Assembly: GCA_009780445.1 (NCBI GenBank)
Contig: WRAA01000002.1
Span: forward strand, 1-32,876
Direction of reading: 5' to 3'
Source: Defluviitaleaceae bacterium
GTDB taxonomy: Bacteria > Bacillota > Clostridia > Lachnospirales > WRAA01
Length of the DNA stretch: 32,876 nt
Part shown: piece after piece, positions 26,111-32,876 of the stretch
How the letters are laid out: each line of letters begins with the position of its first letter
Numbering within the stretch: the stretch's first letter is position 1
Position numbers and translations under genes: made by a program
The notes under the pieces: model-generated
The model's database searches: none
Told to the model about the DNA's origin: nothing
Seen by the model: only the letters and a program-made list of their open reading frames with translations

Positions 26111-29100
26111 ATATTTGTTTCAGAAAGCCGCGCAGGTAGGCAAGGTCGGCTTCTTCGCCCTTGTTAAAGCTGTAGATCACCACCGGGTTCACGGCGGCCT
26201 TGAAGGCGAGCTTGCCGCGGCTGCGGTTGACCAACGAAAGAAGGTTGCCCGGGTCGATATCGGCATCGGGCTTGAACGTGATGGTGACAGCCGTGCCGCG
26301 CTGTACCAGCGAGACAATGCCGCGGCTGTGCGCCAGAGCCTTTGTGAGCGCGACATCCAGCAATGTCTGCACGGGCTTTAAGATCGTGCCGAAGCGGTCC
26401 TCGATCTCGTCCTGCACGTCCGCCGCGTCCTGCTCCGTCTTGATGTGCGATATCTTCTTGTAGATGTCCAGCTTCTGCTTTTCGTCGCTGATGTAGTAGC
26501 CGGGGATGTGCGCGTCCACCGAGACTTCGATGGTTGTCTCGAAGGCGGCCGGCGCGGCTTCGCCCAACGGATCCAGCTCCAGCTGCTGCACGGCTTCGTC
26601 AAGCAGGCGGCAATACATCTCGTAGCCCACGGCGTCCATGTGGCCGTGCTGTTCCCCGCCCAGAATGTTGCCCGCCCCGCGTATCTCCATGTCGCGCATG
26701 GCAATGCGGAAGCCGGAGCCGAACTCTGTGAACTCGCGAATGGTTTGCAGCCTCTTCTCCGCGTCCTCCTGCAATACCTTGTCCTTGCGGTACATTAGGT
26801 AGGCGAATGCCTGGCGGTTGCTGCGCCCTACGCGCCCGCGCAGCTGGTAGAGCTGTGCAAGGCCGTAGGTGTCCGCGTCCTGTATGATCATGGTGTTGGC
26901 GTTGGGGATGTCCAGCCCTGTCTCGATAATGCTTGTGCAGACAAGTACGTCGATATCGCCGCCGATAAAGTCGATCATGATGTCCTCCAGCTCCGCCTCG
27001 GGCATTTGGCCGTGGGCATAGGCCACGTTCGCGCCCGGCACAAGGGACGCAAGCCGCGCCGTAACGTCGGCGATGTTGCGCACGCGGTTGTGAAGGTAGA
27101 ACACCTGTCCTTCCCGCGAAAGCTCGCGCTGTATGGCGTCGCGCACAAACTCGGGGTTGTACTCCATTACATAGGTCTGGACGGGCTGGCGTTCGTTGGG
27201 CGGCTCTTCCAGTATGCTCATGTCGCGTATGCCGGCCATGCTCATGTGCAGGGTGCGCGGGATGGGCGTTGCGGTTAGCGTCATCACGTCCACATTGTGC
27301 TTGAGAGACTTCAGCTTCTCCTTGTGTGCCACGCCGAACCGCTGTTCCTCGTCCACGATGACAAGCCCAAGGTCGTTGAACTCGATGTCCTTGCTAAGCA
27401 GCCTGTGCGTGCCGATAACTACGTCGCACGCGCCGGACTTAATGCGCCGCACGGTCTCCGCCTGATCCTTCTTCGAGCGAAAACGCGACAGCAGCTCCAC
27501 CCTCACGGGGAAGTCCTTCATACGCTGTGAGAACGTGTTGTAGTGCTGCTGCGCAAGAATTGTTGTCGGCACAAGGTAGGCCGTCTGCTTTGAGTCCTGC
27601 ACGGCCTTGAAGGCGGCGCGTATGGCCACTTCCGTCTTGCCGTAGCCCACGTCCCCGCAGACAAGCCTGTCCATTACAGCGGCCGATTCCATGTCGCGCT
27701 TTACATCTTCGATGGCGGCAAGCTGGTCGTCGGTTTCCTCGAAGGGGAACATCTCTTCGAACTCGCGCTGCCACACGTTGTCCGCGCTGTAGACATAACC
27801 CTGCTGTGCGCGGCGCACGGCGTAAAGCTCCACAAGCCCGCGGGCAAGCTCCGCCACGCTTTGGCGCGTCCGTGCCTTGGTACGCGCCCAGCCGTCCCCG
27901 CCCAGTTTGTTTAGCTTGAGCTTCGCCCCGTCGCCGCCGATATACTTCTGCACCATGTCCAGCTGCGAAGTGTGGACGTAGAGCGCGCCGCCGTCGCTGT
28001 ACATTATCTTCAAGTAGTCCCGCGTGAGGCCGTCGGCCACGATCTGCTCGATACCCCGGTAGATGCCGATGCCGTGGTTGTCGTGTACAACATAGTCGCC
28101 CACGCGCAGCTCCGCGAAGCTTTCTATCTTCGAGCCCTTGCTGCGCTTGCGCCGGGGTTTCTTCTTCTCGTTCTCGAACAGCTCCTTGTCCGACAGGATA
28201 ACAAGGTTGATGTGCTGGTACTCAAAGCCCTTGTTCAGAGAACCCGGCGCGACTGTCACCACCCCGGGCTTCAAGGCCTCGGCCATGGCGTCCGGCACAA
28301 AACGCGCGGGCAGGGCATAGTCCGCGATCTCCTGCGCAAGCCGCTGTGCGCGTGTGCGGGATGCACAGAGGATCAAGGCCTTGAAGTCCGTGCGCACATA
28401 GTGTTTAAGGTCGTCCAGCAGCAGATCCACCCGCTGTTTGAACGTAACGGCGGGGCGCACGGCAAAGGAGCATACGGCCTTTGGCGCAAACTCCCGCACG
28501 GTGCGCGTCATCACCGACAGCAGCACCACGCCCAGCCGCGCGCTCTGCGCCGTGATGTCGGCGTAGTCGAACACAAGCCCGGCCTGCGCCGGCAGGAGGT
28601 ATCCCTTCTCGATCTTGGCCGTGATGCTCTCGGCGAACATGCCCAGCACGCTGTCGGCATGTTCGCTGATACGCGCAGGTTCGTCGAAGAACAGCAGGGA
28701 TCCGGGCGGCATATAGTCCAGCAGGGAGTGCGCGCGGCCGTAGAAGTAACCGATGTAGCGATCCGCCGACTTAAAGCTTAGGCCCTGCTCGAACCTCTCC
28801 AGATGCTCGCCGATGGCCAAGCGCAGGTTCACCGCCGCCTCTTCGTTGCCGCTTCGCCCGAAGGCCGCAAGCGCAGATCCCAGGTCTGCGCGGATCTTCG
28901 CGCACGCCGCGCCTGTGTCCTCCGGAGAGTACACAAACTCGCGCATGGGAAATATTCGCACGGCCTCCAGCTTGTCGATAGACCGTTGTGAGGCCGAGTC
29001 CAGCAGGCGGATCGAATCCACCTCGTCGCCCCAGAACTCGACGCGCAGGGCGTTGTCGTACAGTGTCGTAAAGATGTCCACAATGCCGCCGCGCACGGCG

Positions 29101-29612
29101 AACTGCCCGGGTGCCTCCACCATGTCCACGCGTTCATAACCCATCGGCACCAGCTTCCGCGCGAAGCCGTCTATCGAAATCTCGTCGCCCACGGCCAGCT
29201 CCATGATATAACGCGCGAACACATCCTTGGGCGTAAGCCTGTCGAACAGAGCCTCGAGAGACAACACAACCACGGGGCTTTCGCCGCGCACCAAAGCGTC
29301 CAGCACGGCCAGCCGCTCCCGCGTGATGTTGATGGAGCGCACGTCGGCGTTGTAGAAGATTATATCCTTGAAGGGGCAGTACATCACACGCTCGCCAAGG
29401 AAGTACCGCAGATCCTCGAAGGCCAGCTTGGCGGCGCGTTCGCTTGCGGTTATGTACAGCGCGGGGCCACCTCCCGCCAGAGCCGACGCCACGTGGCATT
29501 TCTGCGTGTCAGTTACCCCCGTCAGCAGCACGGGGGTGCGGCCGGCCAGAACTGCCGCGGCGGCTTCGTTATATGCTTCCAGCGATTTTAGCGGTTCATG
29601 CAGATAGTTCAA
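26109..29612 (-). CDS. mfd: Transcription-repair coupling factor
   Basis: 1167 aa with a UvrB-homology N-terminus, the CarD-like segment [15 protein letters not shown], the helicase motifs [11 protein letters not shown] and DEEQRFG, and a TRG motif region. The TTG start at 29612 is 5 nt after GTGAGGTG. Confidence 0.97.
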   Translation of the reverse strand: MNYLHEPLKSLEAYNEAAAAVLAGRTPVLLTGVTDTQKCHVASALAGGGPALYITASERAAKLAFEDLRYFLGERVMYCPFKDIIFYNADVRSINITRERLAVLDALVRGESPVVVLSLEALFDRLTPKDVFARYIMELAVGDEISIDGFARKLVPMGYERVDMVEAPGQFAVRGGIVDIFTTLYDNALRVEFWGDEVDSIRLLDSASQRSIDKLEAVRIFPMREFVYSPEDTGAACAKIRADLGSALAAFGRSGNEEAAVNLRLAIGEHLERFEQGLSFKSADRYIGYFYGRAHSLLDYMPPGSLLFFDEPARISEHADSVLGMFAESITAKIEKGYLLPAQAGLVFDYADITAQSARLGVVLLSVMTRTVREFAPKAVCSFAVRPAVTFKQRVDLLLDDLKHYVRTDFKALILCASRTRAQRLAQEIADYALPARFVPDAMAEALKPGVVTVAPGSLNKGFEYQHINLVILSDKELFENEKKKPRRKRSKGSKIESFAELRVGDYVVHDNHGIGIYRGIEQIVADGLTRDYLKIMYSDGGALYVHTSQLDMVQKYIGGDGAKLKLNKLGGDGWARTKARTRQSVAELARGLVELYAVRRAQQGYVYSADNVWQREFEEMFPFEETDDQLAAIEDVKRDMESAAVMDRLVCGDVGYGKTEVAIRAAFKAVQDSKQTAYLVPTTILAQQHYNTFSQRMKDFPVRVELLSRFRSKKDQAETVRRIKSGACDVVIGTHRLLSKDIEFNDLGLVIVDEEQRFGVAHKEKLKSLKHNVDVMTLTATPIPRTLHMSMAGIRDMSILEEPPNERQPVQTYVMEYNPEFVRDAIQRELSREGQVFYLHNRVRNIADVTARLASLVPGANVAYAHGQMPEAELEDIMIDFIGGDIDVLVCTSIIETGLDIPNANTMIIQDADTYGLAQLYQLRGRVGRSNRQAFAYLMYRKDKVLQEDAEKRLQTIREFTEFGSGFRIAMRDMEIRGAGNILGGEQHGHMDAVGYEMYCRLLDEAVQQLELDPLGEAAPAAFETTIEVSVDAHIPGYYISDEKQKLDIYKKISHIKTEQDAADVQDEIEDRFGTILKPVQTLLDVALTKALAHSRGIVSLVQRGTAVTITFKPDADIDPGNLLSLVNRSRGKLAFKAAVNPVVIYSFNKGEEADLAYLRGFLKQI

Positions 29613-29624
29613 CGGTACACCTCA

Positions 29625-29668
29625 CGAAAGAAACACAGGCGTATCCATTAGACTCGAATACGCCTGTG
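29625..29668 (-). terminator. Rho-independent terminator downstream of gap
   Basis: The minus strand reads cacaggcgtat-tcgagtctaatgg-atacgcctgtg (11-bp stem), followed by tttctttcg. Confidence 0.75.
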
Positions 29669-29688
29669 CTGTATACTTCAATCAGTAC

Positions 29689-30711
<1,023 letters not shown>

Positions 30712-30752
30712 TTAGAGTCTGTTTAGCAGACTATTATAAGTCATTCCCAGAT

Positions 30753-30780
30753 ATTATATCACAAAACGCAAAAATAACAA
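30753..30780 (-). promoter_or_regulatory. Candidate promoter for gap
   Basis: The minus strand reads TTGTTA (30775-30780), a 16-nt spacer and TATAAT (30753-30758). A second TATAAT lies at 30733-30738. Confidence 0.45.
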
Positions 30781-30790
30781 TCATTAATTA

Positions 30791-31789
30791 CTATATTTTC
30801 GCGCAGTGCCTCACTATCAGCAGTTCAAGCCCCAGCCTGTCCTGTAAACGGCCTGTCTTGACGTTGTGGTCGGTCTCGGCACAGTCGTGCAGGGCTTGTG
30901 CCAGCGAAGCGTATGTGAAACCCCGCGCCTGCTTCAGCGCAGAGCTGACCATGAAGCCGCGCAGACCTGTTGCGGCGGCGGTTGCGTCCGTGCCAAGGCC
31001 GCCGGCCGCGCACTCGCTGCACATGAGGATTATACGGTACTGCCGCGCAAGCATCACCAGCACCATCAGCGGGGACTCGCCCACGGCAAGCAGGTTGGCC
31101 AGGCACTCGAGAGCGCGGCGGGCGTTCTTGGCCGCCACTGCGTCCACAAGCTCGAATACGCGGGCTTCCGCGGGTTTCACGCATACGGCTTCGATGTGGC
31201 TCGCGGTGACGGTTTCGGCATTGCCGGCGTAGGCCGCAAGCTTGGCGGCCTCGTTCACCACGGCGTGCATGTTGCCGGCGGTGTAGCGCAAGAGGCGTGC
31301 GGCGTCCGCCGGGGCGATGGTCTTGCCAAGTTCCTTGAAGAGACGCTTGATCCAGACCCCAAGCTCCTGTTCGCTAGGCGTGCCGAACTCCACCACGCGC
31401 CCCGCGGCGGCGGCGGCCTTGTATGCCTTGGTGCGCTTGTCGGCCTCGCGCTCCACAAAGACCAGCACGCAGGCTGGCGGCAGACGCTTGCAGAAATCGG
31501 CCAGGCGTTCGCTGTCGTCCTTGCGCCCCGCCGCAAACAGGCCGGATTCGCGCACGACCAGCAGCCGCCGCTCGCTCATAAACGGCAGGGTGGCGGCGCG
31601 AAGCTCTATCCGCTCGTTTGTTACGCCCTTTCCCTCGAAGGTGTCGGTGTTCATGTCGGCAAAGGCGGGGTCCGGCACCGCCGCCCGCAGCTTCGCCTCA
31701 TACAGGCTGACCAAGTAGTGTTCGTCACCGTGCAGCAGGTACAGCGGCTTGAAATCGCGGGAGTTTATGTCGTTCAGAAGTTCCTTCAT
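30791..31789 (-). CDS. holA: DNA polymerase III subunit delta
   Basis: 332 aa. The N-terminus FKPLYLLHGDEHYLV and the position immediately downstream of comEC are typical of Firmicutes holA. Confidence 0.85.
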   Translation of the reverse strand: MKELLNDINSRDFKPLYLLHGDEHYLVSLYEAKLRAAVPDPAFADMNTDTFEGKGVTNERIELRAATLPFMSERRLLVVRESGLFAAGRKDDSERLADFCKRLPPACVLVFVEREADKRTKAYKAAAAAGRVVEFGTPSEQELGVWIKRLFKELGKTIAPADAARLLRYTAGNMHAVVNEAAKLAAYAGNAETVTASHIEAVCVKPAEARVFELVDAVAAKNARRALECLANLLAVGESPLMVLVMLARQYRIILMCSECAAGGLGTDATAAATGLRGFMVSSALKQARGFTYASLAQALHDCAETDHNVKTGRLQDRLGLELLIVRHCAKI

Positions 31790-31800
31790 ATCGCACCTCG

Positions 31801-32876
31801 CTAGAACATCGTGCGCACGGTCAGCACGCCGCGCCGCGGGCTGATTATGATTGCGCCGCTGTGGGCGGTGTCCAGGAATGGTATGTCGTAGTCCCGCATC
31901 CGCATAAGGGTTGGGTAGGACGGATGGTTGAAGCGGTTGTTGCGGCCGGAGGACACAATGGCCAGCCGCGGGTCTGTCGCGCGCAGGAAGGGGGATGAGG
32001 ACGACGTGGCCGAGCCGTGATGCCCAAGCTTCAGCACATCCGCCGAGACATCATGCCCACGGCTGATGATGTCCATTTCGATATCCCGCGTGATGTCCGC
32101 CGTAAGCAGGAAGGACGCGCCGCCGTACTCCAGCATCAGCACCATGGAGGTATCGTTGTCGTTGTAGACATAGCTGTCCTGCAAGGGGTGCAGACAGCGT
32201 ATGACCAGCCCGTTGTCGTGCAGTTCGAAGCCTTGGGCGATACGGGTGATGGGCGTGCCGGTGTGCAACGCTACTTCCAGCAGCAGCCGGTAGAGCGGGC
32301 TGTCGTCGGGGTTGTGTTGTATGTCGGTGATAAAGACTTCGCGGGCAAGCCCGGCGTAGACCAGCTCCAGCAGCCCGGCCACGTGGTCGAAGTCGAAGTG
32401 TGTGAAGAACACGCCGTCCACCCTGCGCACGCCAAGGTGCCGGAGGTATGGTATCATGGTGCGCACGCCCGTGTTCTCGCCCAGTGGGAGCAGGAAGTTT
32501 CCGCCGCCGTCCACAACATAGGTGCGCCGCCCGTTACGGATCACCATGCCGTCGCCCTGTCCAACGTCCACAAAGGTGACGCTGAACCCGCGCGGAGCCG
32601 CAAACCACGCACCGAACACCAGCACGGTAACAAGGGCGAAGCCGCCGACTGCCCGCGCCGGCACACGCCCGTCCCCACCCAGCCACGCAAAGGCAACCAC
32701 CAGCAAGCCCCACCACACTGCCCACAGCACATACGGCACATGCCCCACGAGGATCTCCGCGCCCGGCATGGCCACAGAGGCGTGGCTGACCCACACATAT
32801 ATCCGCATCACCGCGACGAACACGCCCGACACAAACATTGCCGCCTCCGCCGAAACCAGCCCCACCAGCCCGATAA
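31801..32876 (-). CDS. comEC: ComEC/Rec2 DNA internalisation protein, C-terminal part (5' end outside the window)
   Basis: TM segments are followed by a metallo-beta-lactamase domain (FVDVGQGDG, THFDFDHVAG, LKLGHHGS). The reading frame stays open to the window edge. Confidence 0.85.
   Translation of the reverse strand, partial: IGLVGLVSAEAAMFVSGVFVAVMRIYVWVSHASVAMPGAEILVGHVPYVLWAVWWGLLVVAFAWLGGDGRVPARAVGGFALVTVLVFGAWFAAPRGFSVTFVDVGQGDGMVIRNGRRTYVVDGGGNFLLPLGENTGVRTMIPYLRHLGVRRVDGVFFTHFDFDHVAGLLELVYAGLAREVFITDIQHNPDDSPLYRLLLEVALHTGTPITRIAQGFELHDNGLVIRCLHPLQDSYVYNDNDTSMVLMLEYGGASFLLTADITRDIEMDIISRGHDVSADVLKLGHHGSATSSSSPFLRATDPRLAIVSSGRNNRFNHPSYPTLMRMRDYDIPFLDTAHSGAIIISPRRGVLTVRTMF

Overview
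This window looks like core chromosome from a fairly GC-rich anaerobic Firmicutes/Clostridia-type bacterium. That placement rests on a CIRCE/HrcA heat-shock operon, a desulfoferrodoxin-ferritin pair, comEC-holA adjacency and Gram-positive style RBS and promoter motifs. Almost all of it is housekeeping. In window order: rpmE, malic enzyme, uvrB, an AzgA-type purine permease, then a long minus-strand operon (GntP-like permease, DUF1576-like membrane protein, type-2 ileS, BI-1/YccA). After that come a YoaK-like gene with a small ORF, a CNNM/CorC transporter, a polysaccharide deacetylase and a DHH/DHHA1 phosphoesterase. The rest is a hlyIII-hrcA-grpE-dnaK-dnaJ operon behind a perfect CIRCE, dfx-ftn behind a Fur-family box, mfd, a monocistronic gap, holA and the 3' half of comEC. 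I see no CRISPR array, restriction-modification system, toxin-antitoxin pair, recognisable defence system, integrase, transposase or RNA gene. Five things are worth a second look. (1) A family of about 164-nt palindromic, MITE-like intergenic elements with perfect 20-bp terminal inverted repeats. One copy sits exactly between a promoter and the RBS of the operon that carries ileS. A second, inverted copy carries a compensatory base-pair change and interrupts an older hairpin. A mosaic relative lies at the left window edge. (2) A small low-GC, self-contained two-gene module (own promoter and terminator) encoding a BhlA/UviB-like holin-type peptide with four 11-residue repeats. (3) ileS is type 2, has no T-box leader and is embedded behind two transporter genes. 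(4) The GAPDH looks strikingly like the eukaryotic cytosolic / E. coli GapA type. (5) A hemolysin-III/PAQR gene is the first cistron of the CIRCE-controlled chaperone operon. All family assignments come from reading the translated ORFs and recalling family signatures. No searches were run.
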